This document shows, in pieces, positions 40,686-51,433 of a DNA stretch of 64,000 nucleotides; within the stretch, counting starts at the first letter, position 1, and every line of letters starts with the position of its first letter. The notes below the pieces were generated by a model, which was not told the origin of the DNA, made no database searches, and saw only the letters and a program-made list of their open reading frames with translations. The DNA comes from Histomonas meleagridis 2922-C6/04-290x (Eukaryota > Protista > Parabasalia). The stretch spans positions 248,001 through 312,000 of the forward strand of contig JAANOX010000042.1 in NCBI GenBank assembly GCA_020184695.1. The letters are read 5' to 3'. The translations under genes were made by a program, and so were the position numbers.

Positions 40686-43600
40686 ATGCTTCGCCAAAGT
40701 TTAATTTCCCAATTTGCAATAACTCCATATCTTGCGCCACAACCATCTCCGAACGAAAGCATGAACAGCTTAATAAATATATCACCAGGAACCACAACAG
40801 ATAGTCTTTTTTTTGATACACATTCACGGCATATGGGATCAATAAGTGATCCTGAGAGATTTATACAAATGCTTAACAGTGTTGAAAATTGTTTACCAGA
40901 AATTTTCAAACTACAATCAGAACAACTTCCACAAGTTCTTCAAACAAGTCAACATCCCGAAAACATATCATTATTTTTACATGATTTACTAGATACAAAC
41001 ATTCATCTTTATTCACTTTGTCCACTTCCTTCATTTGAAAATATCAAGGTTGAAGATTTAATCTCACAATGCATTGATTTTCAAATACCGCCTGATCGTG
41101 CATCTTGGGCCATTCATTGTTATATGTTAAAATCCATTCTTTCAACAGACGAACTTACAATGAAATACAAAAATGCGTTTGAATCATTACGACAAAAGAA
41201 TAGTAATTTTTGTTTCTTAACATATTATTGTAAACTTGCATTTGCTTTGTATTCCCGTAATCTTCTTAATCACATCGAAATCATCCAATTTTTAATTGAG
41301 AATGTCAATTATTTAAACCTTTCAATTTTTGATGACGAAATTTTATCCACTTTTTGTTTACTTGAAACAGCTTTAAGTTCCAAGAATTCCAAAGATTATT
41401 TAAAAGCATATTGTAACAATTTACAAAAGACAGGTTCAGCGTTAGTACAACTTGGATATTTTAATCCAAAATATGAAATCATAACATTATTAAAAGGTAT
41501 TCGAACTGATCATACAAATGAAAGAGCTCATTCCATAGCTGAAATAATACAAGTTGTGAAATTAGATTATTTAACACATTTCCGTAATTTATTATTTGAT
41601 ATGTATGATATATTAGATCCTAAATTAATATATGAACATGTTAAAGAAACATTAATTTTTTCAACGAAAGAAGAAAAACAACAATTTTTAATATCGATTT
41701 GTGAATCTGTTTTTTGGTTTCCTAATCAAAATGTTTCAATTCCTACAGTTATTGCATATATAATTAATGAATTAATAAGAACATATGAATTGGAAAAAGA
41801 AATTTTCATTCCACAATTTTTTGAATATTTATTTCTTCATTGGAAAAACATTTCATTGTTTTCTTGGCTTTTTGCTGAGTTACAATATTGGGAAATATTT
41901 GGTTATACTGATTTTTTACATTATATCTCTAAAAAAGGTTATTCTTATTCAAGAAAAGAAGAGACTTTAGAAATTATATTAAATTTACCTTCATATGATC
42001 GATCGCAATTTGTTTTATTAAGGATAAATGAAATTTTAAAGCGTTTATATCCTGATTCTGAATTTGATGAGAAATTAAATTTAATATCTCAAGACATAAA
42101 AAACAATTTAAACATTGCAATCGATTTACCATTTTTATTTAGGTTTAATATTTCGTTGTATTTATTAGATAACTCAATTAATTTCACAGAAACTGCACAA
42201 TATTTTAATACGTTGGATACATTAATGTTAATACCACAGTTATTTATGAAGGCGAAACCAATTAATTTAACGATTTATGATGTTTCATATTTATCGAATA
42301 ACTTAATTATTTTTTTAGCACGTAGTCAACTCCCTGAATTAGTTAACATTATAATACCTACATATCAAGATTTTACGTTAAAGTTATATAATTATTGTAA
42401 ACAAAGCGAAGAAAATAATCAAATTACAATATTATCTAATTATAAATCATATTTCACAGAAATACGTAAAAAGACTTCAAAAAGTTTGGAAATCTCTATT
42501 GAAAAAGTCCACAAATTCATAAGGGAAAATTCGTTTTTGTGTAGTTTACATATATACGATACATTTTTTAGTATTAAATCTGATAAAGATTTTTTAGTAG
42601 TATTTAATATATTTCTTAAGGAATTATTTACATTTGAGCAGTTGACACCACAAATATTCATAAATTTCTTTTTTAGATTTTGTGATTCTAAATGCATTAA
42701 TCGTCCATCACATCATTTCTTACGATCTGTTTCACACGTATTAATAAGTAATCCCGAATTAATCACAAATCCTAACATTAATGAAGTAATAACAGAATTT
42801 TTATCAACAATTTTTAAATATAAAATTGCATCACCATCGGATTTTATATCATCCAACATCAAGAAACAACCACAAGAAAACCAAAACCAATTTTTTAAAC
42901 TTTATTTCAATGTAATTAAGTCAAATATTAACTCATTAACAGTAAATGATATAATATCAGAATCATTAATGAAAAGTATTAATGGTGATCAAAATCATTT
43001 GATGGAACTTTTAAGTATATTACGAGAATTCCCTCCACCAATAACGACCAGGTTCGTAACTACCTCGTTACAATATCAACATCCTTCCCCGTTGGCTATA
43101 GCTTATTACTCGTTGTTGCCAACAGGTTTACATTCGACATATTTCAAAAACGTTTTTGAATACTTTATTAATAACGTCTCACAAACGACTTCAACTTTAT
43201 GGACTTTATGGATCAGAGATTATCCTTATTACTCACCTGGTTTCCCAGTTGCTATTTCATCACCAGACAAAAACTCGGTTTTAAATCATGTTAATAACCT
43301 AATAAAATTATACGAAGATTTCCTAATAAAATTACCAAATGATGATCCAAAATTATCAATTTATTTAAATTGTTGGACTCTTTTATGTAATGAACAATCT
43401 TTCTCTTTAGCTTTAATTCAACACGTTTCATCAGATATAAAATCTGGCAAAATGAAGTTTTGGAATCTTTTATTTGACTTTTTACATCCTTCTTTAATGA
43501 ATATATCAGAACAAGTCTTCGAATCATTTTGTAATTGTTTGATAGATTACCAAGCTGGTAAAGAAGACATTAATTACGCGCCCATAGCTACTTCGGTATT

Positions 43601-44054
43601 TCTTGTGTTTATAAATCGGTTTTTCACTGGTGAATATCAGATAATTTCAATAGTTTACACGATCGCAGAGAAACTTTTGTCAATTTTAAACAAGTCATAT
43701 ATCGATGGGATTGAATGCGATTTGTTTTTAATTGTCGATGTGTTTAATTATATAATTAGTAGAACATATGCATTTGATAAAATTCAAAATTCAATAAATG
43801 AATTTCATTCATCTGAACTTCAGAAAAAATATGATGAATTACCTCGCGAGGTTAAGTGCCTACTGTTGTTAAATCAAACTCCTCAAATGTCGAAGTCTAA
43901 TACGACGCCTTTGTTCTTTGATGTCGTTCAACAAACAAGTGTATTACAACAACAACAAACTACTGAAAGTCATTTGTTGAATGATAATGATTATACACAA
44001 CAATTTACAAATTACTTTGAATATGATTACCTTAATGAAGATGATTATTTCTAA
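40686..44054 (+). CDS. MED12: Mediator subunit MED12/Srb8-like protein
   Basis: 1122 aa. FLHDLLDTNIHLYSLCPLP...LISQCIDFQIPPDRASWAIHC parallels the Med12 domain pattern WLxDL...PLxxL...LLxQCxxxxVPxxRAxW. The C-terminus is Q-rich. Confidence 0.55.
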   Translation: MLRQSLISQFAITPYLAPQPSPNESMNSLINISPGTTTDSLFFDTHSRHMGSISDPERFIQMLNSVENCLPEIFKLQSEQLPQVLQTSQHPENISLFLHDLLDTNIHLYSLCPLPSFENIKVEDLISQCIDFQIPPDRASWAIHCYMLKSILSTDELTMKYKNAFESLRQKNSNFCFLTYYCKLAFALYSRNLLNHIEIIQFLIENVNYLNLSIFDDEILSTFCLLETALSSKNSKDYLKAYCNNLQKTGSALVQLGYFNPKYEIITLLKGIRTDHTNERAHSIAEIIQVVKLDYLTHFRNLLFDMYDILDPKLIYEHVKETLIFSTKEEKQQFLISICESVFWFPNQNVSIPTVIAYIINELIRTYELEKEIFIPQFFEYLFLHWKNISLFSWLFAELQYWEIFGYTDFLHYISKKGYSYSRKEETLEIILNLPSYDRSQFVLLRINEILKRLYPDSEFDEKLNLISQDIKNNLNIAIDLPFLFRFNISLYLLDNSINFTETAQYFNTLDTLMLIPQLFMKAKPINLTIYDVSYLSNNLIIFLARSQLPELVNIIIPTYQDFTLKLYNYCKQSEENNQITILSNYKSYFTEIRKKTSKSLEISIEKVHKFIRENSFLCSLHIYDTFFSIKSDKDFLVVFNIFLKELFTFEQLTPQIFINFFFRFCDSKCINRPSHHFLRSVSHVLISNPELITNPNINEVITEFLSTIFKYKIASPSDFISSNIKKQPQENQNQFFKLYFNVIKSNINSLTVNDIISESLMKSINGDQNHLMELLSILREFPPPITTRFVTTSLQYQHPSPLAIAYYSLLPTGLHSTYFKNVFEYFINNVSQTTSTLWTLWIRDYPYYSPGFPVAISSPDKNSVLNHVNNLIKLYEDFLIKLPNDDPKLSIYLNCWTLLCNEQSFSLALIQHVSSDIKSGKMKFWNLLFDFLHPSLMNISEQVFESFCNCLIDYQAGKEDINYAPIATSVFLVFINRFFTGEYQIISIVYTIAEKLLSILNKSYIDGIECDLFLIVDVFNYIISRTYAFDKIQNSINEFHSSELQKKYDELPREVKCLLLLNQTPQMSKSNTTPLFFDVVQQTSVLQQQQTTESHLLNDNDYTQQFTNYFEYDYLNEDDYF

Positions 44055-44173
44055 AATGTGAATATAAGTAACTTTTTTATCGGTTTTATCGTTGTGTGGT
44101 TTTGATCGTTCGTTATTCAATAATTGTGTGACATAACCGCGCGGTTTTTGAATCTGTGGGAATTAATTCATCG

Positions 44174-44716
44174 ATGAATATTTTCTCGAGGTTTTGGCAT
44201 TGGTTAATGAGTTTATTCTTCAAGAAACAACTATCAATAACAATAGTTGGACTTCCAAACGCTGGAAAAACAACCCTTGTTCGTGCTATTTCAGGTGAAG
44301 ATACAGAAGCTGAAACAATGCCGACAATAGGTGCAAGATCTTCAACTGCTAAAGTTGGAAATGTTGAGTTCATTGTATATGATATTGGTGGACATCAGTC
44401 TTATCAATACTTGTGGAGTACTCATTGCAAAACATCAAATGTAATTCTTTATGTTTTGGATTCTTCTGATCAAGAAGCTGTTGATTCAAGTCAAGCACAA
44501 TTAGAATCTCTTCTTGAAGATCCGGAATTAGAAAATATTCCAATTTTAGTCATTGCAAATAAAGAAGACTTGCCAGAAGCTCTCAAAGAAAATGACATTG
44601 TTGCTAGACTCCGTCTTCAAGAAGTTGAATCACATAAAATTAAACTATTTTGTGCTTCCGCAAAAAAGAGAACAAATGTTGATGAAATCGTCAATTGGAT
44701 GATTGAAAATCTTTAG
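44174..44716 (+). CDS. Arl8-like small GTPase
   Basis: Amphipathic FWHWLMSLFFKK N-terminus, GLPNAGKTT, MPTIG, DIGG, NKED and CASAK. Confidence 0.75.
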   Translation: MNIFSRFWHWLMSLFFKKQLSITIVGLPNAGKTTLVRAISGEDTEAETMPTIGARSSTAKVGNVEFIVYDIGGHQSYQYLWSTHCKTSNVILYVLDSSDQEAVDSSQAQLESLLEDPELENIPILVIANKEDLPEALKENDIVARLRLQEVESHKIKLFCASAKKRTNVDEIVNWMIENL

Positions 44717-44849
44717 TAAACTATCAGATCGAATTAATATTTTCAAGAAAAGCATTATTGAAAGATTTCATAACGTTTCCCAGAAATGTAAAATATAGAA
44801 AAAGTTTCATTTGATTGAATTGATTACAAAAAATTTGCCACACCTGGGT

Positions 44850-46940
44850 ATGTCTAAAAGAATCATAAGATATACTCAAGTAAATGACTCAGAAACGCCA
44901 AATACCACTACACAACAAACTATTGGAAATTATACTCATGAAAATCAATTTCCATGGGGAAATCCAAAAATTTGTAATACAACACCATATCTTAAAGCTG
45001 TAACTAATGTTCTACCAAATGGACGTGATGCTGCTTCTAAGTGTAAAATACCTTATGGATTTATTCTCTCTCCGACACTAATTGAAAATGTTCAAACAGT
45101 TGAACCAATAAAATTTCCTTTTTGTTCATGTGGTGCGTACTTATGTCCACAAATGAAAATAACAAATAATGGTGATTCTTTTACGTGTGGGATATGTGGT
45201 AAAACATCAAAAATTCCTAAAGAAATAAAACTTCACAATCGTCCAGAATTAAGTAATTCAGTGTATGATATTATATTACCAGATAATCCCAAATTTAATA
45301 ATCCAATTCCACTTTTTCTTTTTATTATAGATATGTCATATCCAACTTATATCACAGGATTTACAACACAATTTCTTCATTGTCTTAAATCCTCAATTCC
45401 ATCAATTCCAGATGATTATCGTATTGGCCTCATGACAATAACCAATGTAGTTACCATTTTTAACCTTAAAACCCAATCACAGATCATTATATCTGATTTC
45501 ACCGAGCCACCATTTTTTGTCCATAGTGAAATTTTTCCATATAAATCTGAGTGCATTGACAACTTTACTTCATCAATTGATTATCTTCTTAAAAATCCAC
45601 CAAACGAATCCATTAAAGGACATTGTTTATTTAGTTCATTATGTATCTCCGAATTATTACTTCGTCAAACAGGCGGAATCATAATTTCGAGTTTTTCTAA
45701 TGTCCCACGTTATGGCGGTGGACTTCTTCATCCATTAAATGATACTTCTGATGAATATACACAATTAATGTTACCAAAAGATGGAAGTGGCCGAGTTTAT
45801 CGCACGATTGGGTTTAAACTTTCACGTGCGCAAGTATCAGTTTATATGTTTACTATTGGTAACGAAGACATATCTAATGTTGCGATTCCATGTGGATTAA
45901 CATGTGGTCGACTTTATTGTTATGAAGGATTAACTGAAAATGAAATTAATCCCTTGAATATTGACTTGTTTAATACATTAACAAATAGGTATTATTGGGG
46001 AAGTAGCTTACGATTTATGTCATCAAAAGGAATTCGATTATTACGTGTGCATACAAATTGTTCTATTCGAGATAACGGATTAATTGTATTTCCTGTATTT
46101 CCGTATAATAATTCGATAGTTTTTGAGTTGTCTGTTGAAATAAATAATATTTCAAATGAAGCAATTTTCCAAATTATATTTTCATTTGTTAATAATTCCG
46201 GTAAACGTTTTCTTAGAGTATTTACATTTTCATTTCCGACTTCAAATGTTATTAATAATATTTGGAATAATATTAACGAAGATGCATTTATGACATTAAT
46301 TTCACGAATTGCAATTTCCGCAATTTTGTCACGTGGTCCAAATAAAGCATTTGAATACTTGAAACAAGATTTCATTAAAATGTTAAATTTAGGAATTCCT
46401 TTTGTATCAATGAATTATTTGTTCCATTCTTTATTAGTAAACCCTACATTCAACTTCAATAAATATAAACTTGGAGCTGATGGTAGAATGGGACAATTAA
46501 TAAATTGTCGAAATATGAATTTAAACGATTTGTTGTTATATTTATATCCGAAAATGTATGTTTTAGATTCAGATGAAATTAAATTATTACCTTTATGTGG
46601 TGATTCTTTTAAATATGGAAATTGTTTCCTATTTCATACATATGATAAAATTTATTTATGGGTTTCTAAGAATGTTAATACTAATTTCCTGTTAAATACT
46701 TTTGGAACAGAAAATATAAATGGGGTGCCTCAAAAAGTGCCAGAATTGGACACTTTTGAAAATAAAAATTTGAAAAATTTAATTAACGAATGTTGGAAAT
46801 TTAGTGGGAGATATTTAGATCATGAAATTATTGTACAAGGAAGTGAAAGAGAATATGTTTTCGAGGATATTCTTGTAGATGATTCACCCAGATCAGGTGA
46901 AACATTGCAACAATGGACAAAGCAAATGAAGATCATATAA
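44850..46940 (+). CDS. SEC24: COPII coat subunit Sec24 family
   Basis: PYGFILSP, zinc finger CSCGAYLCP...FTCGICG, vWA trunk LFIIDMS, beta-sandwich with QIIFSFVNNSGKRFLRVFT, and a gelsolin-like C-terminus (FEDILVDD). Confidence 0.88.
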   Translation: MSKRIIRYTQVNDSETPNTTTQQTIGNYTHENQFPWGNPKICNTTPYLKAVTNVLPNGRDAASKCKIPYGFILSPTLIENVQTVEPIKFPFCSCGAYLCPQMKITNNGDSFTCGICGKTSKIPKEIKLHNRPELSNSVYDIILPDNPKFNNPIPLFLFIIDMSYPTYITGFTTQFLHCLKSSIPSIPDDYRIGLMTITNVVTIFNLKTQSQIIISDFTEPPFFVHSEIFPYKSECIDNFTSSIDYLLKNPPNESIKGHCLFSSLCISELLLRQTGGIIISSFSNVPRYGGGLLHPLNDTSDEYTQLMLPKDGSGRVYRTIGFKLSRAQVSVYMFTIGNEDISNVAIPCGLTCGRLYCYEGLTENEINPLNIDLFNTLTNRYYWGSSLRFMSSKGIRLLRVHTNCSIRDNGLIVFPVFPYNNSIVFELSVEINNISNEAIFQIIFSFVNNSGKRFLRVFTFSFPTSNVINNIWNNINEDAFMTLISRIAISAILSRGPNKAFEYLKQDFIKMLNLGIPFVSMNYLFHSLLVNPTFNFNKYKLGADGRMGQLINCRNMNLNDLLLYLYPKMYVLDSDEIKLLPLCGDSFKYGNCFLFHTYDKIYLWVSKNVNTNFLLNTFGTENINGVPQKVPELDTFENKNLKNLINECWKFSGRYLDHEIIVQGSEREYVFEDILVDDSPRSGETLQQWTKQMKII

Positions 46941-47094
46941 AATAAATACTTTCATTTATTTGAATAAAGAATTTATCTTTCGTTGTTAATATCATATAAA
47001 AAATGTTTTGAAGCATGACACATTATTGTGCATATCTCTTAAAAGTTTTTCATTTTTTGTTTCGAACAATAACTTGACGCGATTTGTCGATTAT

Positions 47095-47128
47095 TGTCAC
47101 TTTTTTCATAATTAAAACAAAAGTGACA
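47095..47128. promoter_or_regulatory. 10-bp perfect inverted repeat TGTCACTTTT-N14-AAAAGTGACA upstream of E2F
   Basis: Read directly from the sequence. The same GTCACTTTT/AAAAGTGAC motif also lies near the starts of the WD40, PH-AGC kinase and 33499 genes. Confidence 0.4.
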
Positions 47129-47139
47129 CGAGCTCAAAA

Positions 47140-47652
47140 ATGGCCGACAAACAAACACTCGTTCATCTTACACAAGGATTCGTTCGTATTTTAACCGAGG
47201 CCAATGGAAATGACGTTGAACTTGCTACTGTTGAAAAGGAACTAAGAACAACAAAAAGAAGATTATACGATGTAACTAATGTTTTAGCTGGAGTTGGTTT
47301 AGTAGAAAGGAGTGGAAAATCAAAAGTGAGATGGTTAGGATCTCATACAAATTTCGGTAATCAATTTAATTCACAGTTATCACAAAAAGAGATGGAAATA
47401 AATAGATTAACAGCAGAAGTTGACAATGAACTTGCAGATCTTTCAAACTCAGAGTTATTTGCGACATGTGCTTGGATTGATCCAAGTGATGCTGAGCTAA
47501 TTGAGCCCGATCAATCAATTGATTTATACGCATTAACAGGACCGCCTAAAATGGTTATCCAATGGAAGGGACCCGATTCTGTTCTAGTTTGTAAAGTTGA
47601 TCCCAGCGAAGGAGAAATTCAATTAACACCAATAAGAGGAGAAAAATTTTGA
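47140..47652 (+). CDS. E2F-family transcription factor (short)
   Basis: LTQGFVRIL...KRRLYDVTNVLAGVGLVERSGKSKVRW is the E2F/DP winged-helix signature. Confidence 0.92.
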   Translation: MADKQTLVHLTQGFVRILTEANGNDVELATVEKELRTTKRRLYDVTNVLAGVGLVERSGKSKVRWLGSHTNFGNQFNSQLSQKEMEINRLTAEVDNELADLSNSELFATCAWIDPSDAELIEPDQSIDLYALTGPPKMVIQWKGPDSVLVCKVDPSEGEIQLTPIRGEKF

Positions 47653-49071
47653 ACATCTTCTTCTTTAGAAGAAATGCTCCACAAATATTTGTAATAATTA
47701 TTAATAAAACTTTTGTTTTACCTGTTTATAATGAATTTATTGCAGAAATATTTTTCATTCTCATTGATATTCAAGTTACCAATGGATAAAAAAAAGATTT
47801 TTTGCAACACACATATGTATGGTTTATTTCTTAATCTATTCATCATCTTAAATTTCTACAACAAAAAACTTAAAAATCGCCTTCCTAAAGGAGAAATTTT
47901 CTGGAAAATTAGACAGCTGATATGATCTTCAAGGAAATGTATGTATTGGTTAATTACTTTTGATAACGAGAAGTCAAATAGGTTAATATTAACTCCATCA
48001 TCTCAAGTTCATTGTAAATTAATTTTATATGATGTAAGTGATGAAGAAAAATACTAAAATTGCAAATCAATAAAGTTAACTTTAAATGAAGCTATTAAAG
48101 AAATATTGCAATGCATTCAACTGTGAGGAAGAAAGACTTCTATTTCACAAAGGAGTTCATGAAATAATGTTAATAATTTTCATTAAAGCTGCAAAAAAAA
48201 ACCTTTATAAAAAAAAATTAAGATTAAGATAACAAGAATTATAATATTTTTATCAACAATTATAACAATAATTGATGGATGATTATTATTATTATTACTT
48301 GTATATTATTATTCTACTAAAGTCATTAATGTAAAATAATTACTATAATAGTAATATATTTGATAATATGAATATGAAAATGTAATTGTTACAGAATATG
48401 TTATATTGTTTATACATGATAAAATTAATATATTCAGCTTAGAGTATGTGTTACTTTGTGTATTTGTTTTTGATTGTGAAAAATTATTGGGTTGTGAAAA
48501 TGTATTTAATTTTATTGTTGTGTTACTTTGTGTAAATGTTTGCGTTGGTATTAATGTTAAAAGTTCAAATTTGCAAATGACTTATTAATAAACGCCTCGA
48601 TGTGAAATCCTTTAAAAACGAATACGAATATATATAATATTATAATTGGAAAAGTAAATCCAGATTCGCTCACGAGGAATGAAGATAAGATGGTTCATCA
48701 CCAAACCAATGCATTGAATTTTGAACAAGAAATTCCTCACTTAATCAATTCCCAAAAGAAAAAAGTTTTAATATAAATAAAAAACGATATACACTGTTTT
48801 GGATAAATTTTAATGATAAACTATTTAAATCACTGAAAATAAAATCATAAATTTTAGCTATGTATTTCATAGTTGGGTGTTGTTGTGTTTCATCATCATT
48901 TTTACAATAAATATTATATTTTTTATATAGCTGTAATATTTTTATATTTGTATAAAGCTTAAAAATCATAACAAAATGTTGAATTCAATAAAGAATTGTA
49001 ATATTACGATTTCTTCTTGCTGATTCATGTTAATAATTGCTTATAAAAATAGGTCTTTTATTATACATAGT

Positions 49072-50094
49072 TTATTGCTTCATCCATTGTATCATTTTAC
49101 GCATAACTTTCTCTTCTACATGTCCCTCAACTGTATAATCATTTTCTGTTGGAATTCTTAATGCTCTCATCAAAAAATGGTCACAATTTTCAAACCATAA
49201 AGCATATGAATTCCCAAGAGCTTCTTTCCACATATCGAAATGATCTTTTATCATTATTTGATCATTTTCACAACCAATTAACATTATCGGTAAATCACAT
49301 TTTACCTTATCTATGCTCATATTCTCAAGATTTGATTCAGGAAGTGCTTCCCATGCGGGATTAATAAGGATTATTTTCGATATTAAAGAGCCACGTTTTT
49401 CTAAGATATTAGGAAGAAACAAAGCCGCAAAACCATGAAGAATTAATGTTATACTTTCATGTTCTTCTAGAGAAAGTGCAGCATCAATAGATTTAAGCGC
49501 AATACAAACTACGGTGTCTGGCTCACCATAATTCTCATACGAATTACGGATAAGCCCAACTTTATGTTGAGCTAAAAAATCAAGATCACGAAACGGATAT
49601 CGCATCCCCATATGACCATCAAGATCAAGTTGGACAGCAGCATGAATAAATACTGCTATGGGGAGTTTGACAGTTTTACGTTTTACTGGTTTTATGTAAT
49701 AAATTTGTGGAAGATCTGATAATTGTTGGCAAATTACTTTGTGTGGATTAAAATATGATGCTGGAATGAAATGTGGTTTTTGAGAAAAGTTAAAGTCATT
49801 GATTTTATGCGAGGAATTGATAGAGAAGTGAGCAAGCCATTCAGTCGATTTGATGATCACAGGTATATCAAAAGTCCAAAAGCCAGGAGAAAGCAAATTA
49901 AGCTTTGGCTCTGTTGCATTTCTAATTTCTGAAATTTCATCAATTTTTGAAATCCGTTGCGCAAGTATTTGTATAGTTAAAACATCACGAAGTTCATCAA
50001 CCAAAGAATCATGTAGTGATTTTATATCTCCTTGGATAATAACTTTTTTCAAAATGTCTCGCGCATATTCAACAAGGTCATTTTGTACATTCAT
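49072..50094 (-). CDS. Bacterial-type DUF3887 + alpha/beta-hydrolase protein with degenerate catalytic motifs
   Basis: PIAVFIHAAVQLDLDGHMGMRYPFRDL, ILHGFAA, IILINP, LIGCENDQI and CDHFL...DYTVEGHVEEKVMRKMIQW resemble bacterial HGSG..D.D....KPFRDL / GHSLG / NHLF...Y..PGHV...I..WI. Confidence 0.6.
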   Translation of the reverse strand: MNVQNDLVEYARDILKKVIIQGDIKSLHDSLVDELRDVLTIQILAQRISKIDEISEIRNATEPKLNLLSPGFWTFDIPVIIKSTEWLAHFSINSSHKINDFNFSQKPHFIPASYFNPHKVICQQLSDLPQIYYIKPVKRKTVKLPIAVFIHAAVQLDLDGHMGMRYPFRDLDFLAQHKVGLIRNSYENYGEPDTVVCIALKSIDAALSLEEHESITLILHGFAALFLPNILEKRGSLISKIILINPAWEALPESNLENMSIDKVKCDLPIMLIGCENDQIMIKDHFDMWKEALGNSYALWFENCDHFLMRALRIPTENDYTVEGHVEEKVMRKMIQWMKQ

Positions 50095-50599
50095 TTTTTT
50101 AAACGTTCACATTTTTCTTTTTTTAGGCATTAAACGAACAGCTCAAAATACTTGAATCATGCATTCAATTAAAAATCGTAACTTTTTGATAATTTTACAA
50201 CATCTGCCAATAATTTCTTTGATTTCACTAGCCTACCCAAAATTTCTTCAAATCAACAAATCTGAACTACAATCACATAAATCGATAAAAGAAGTAATTT
50301 CATCACATTTTCACGATAGCTATGAAGTTTTTATGAACATTTTGAGTTTGTTAAAGTAATTCCCTTTAAATTTTTTTATTGTAAATTTATATGGATTACA
50401 TTTTGATAATGTAATGATTTAGATGATGTTTTTCTTGAATTGATTTCAATATTATTAGTTTGTGTACTTATGTCAATTGACCAGAAATATTTTTGTTATT
50501 TGAGTTTTTATGAGTATCTTCCTTGAATTTAAAATTATTTTGAAAACCATTTAATAACAAGAAGTTATTTTTGTTCGTTAATACACTAAAATCAAAGGT

Positions 50600-51433
50600 A
50601 TTTGTATTTACCTTTCTTTCATTTATCAATTTAACGATTTCTGTATGACCATTTTAGATGCTAAAATAAGTGCTGTATTAAATAATTTATATAATTTCCA
50701 AATATTATTTTGAAATATAAAATTATTAAAATAAATATTAAATAAAACAAATAAATATCTTTAGCATTAATATCAATTCCTTCTTGTTCAAGAAGTAACT
50801 TAACTATTTCTATTTTACCATAATAAGATGCAAAAATAAGTGCTGTGTCAAATAATTTAAATAATTTCCAAATATTATTAGAAAATACCAAATTATTAAA
50901 ATAAATTATAATTAAAACAAATAAATATTTTTGGCATTAACATCAATTCCTTTTTGTTCAAGAAGTAATTTAACTATATCTATATGACCATTTTCAGATG
51001 CATATATAAGTGCTGTTTTAAATGATGTAAATAATTTCTAAATATTATTTTGAAATAAAAAATTATTAAAAGAAATATCAAATAAGATAAATAAATATCT
51101 TTATTATTAATATCAATTCCTTTTTGTTCGAGAAGTAATTTAACAATTTCTATATGACCATTTAATGATGCCAAAATAAGTGGTGTTTGAAATAAAATAA
51201 ATAGTTCGCAAATTTTATATGGAAATATAAAATTATAAAAGCAAATTTTAATGAAATCAAACAAACGTCTCTAGCTTTAATATCAATTCCTTTTTGTTCA
51301 AGAAGAAATTTAACTATTTCTATATGGCCATTTTCAGATGCTTTTAAAAATGCTGTCTCTAATAATTTATATAATTTCCAAATATCATTTGTAAATAAAA
51401 CATTAAAATAAGCATTAAATATAATTTTGAATT
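50600..51433 (-). repeat. Ankyrin-module/spacer array 3: five spacers (77,80,80,80,80 nt), four 90-nt modules and a terminal piece
   Basis: Module starts at 51356, 51186, 51016, 50846 and 50676 (exact 170-bp period), e.g. TPLILASLNGHIEIVKLLLEQKGIDINNKD. The terminal module has a 1-nt deletion in an A run. Confidence 0.95.

Noticed and set aside
6656-51433. Programmed -1 ribosomal frameshift at a fixed site as the way through the spacers (the consensus spacer is open in both the upstream and downstream frames)
   Set aside because: Copies at 23636, 24296 and 7169 have upstream-frame stops within the first 9 nt, while copies at 6999, 24772, 24942 and 51096 have downstream-frame stops at nt 45-59. 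The copy at 23806 has no open path at all. No single shift site fits.
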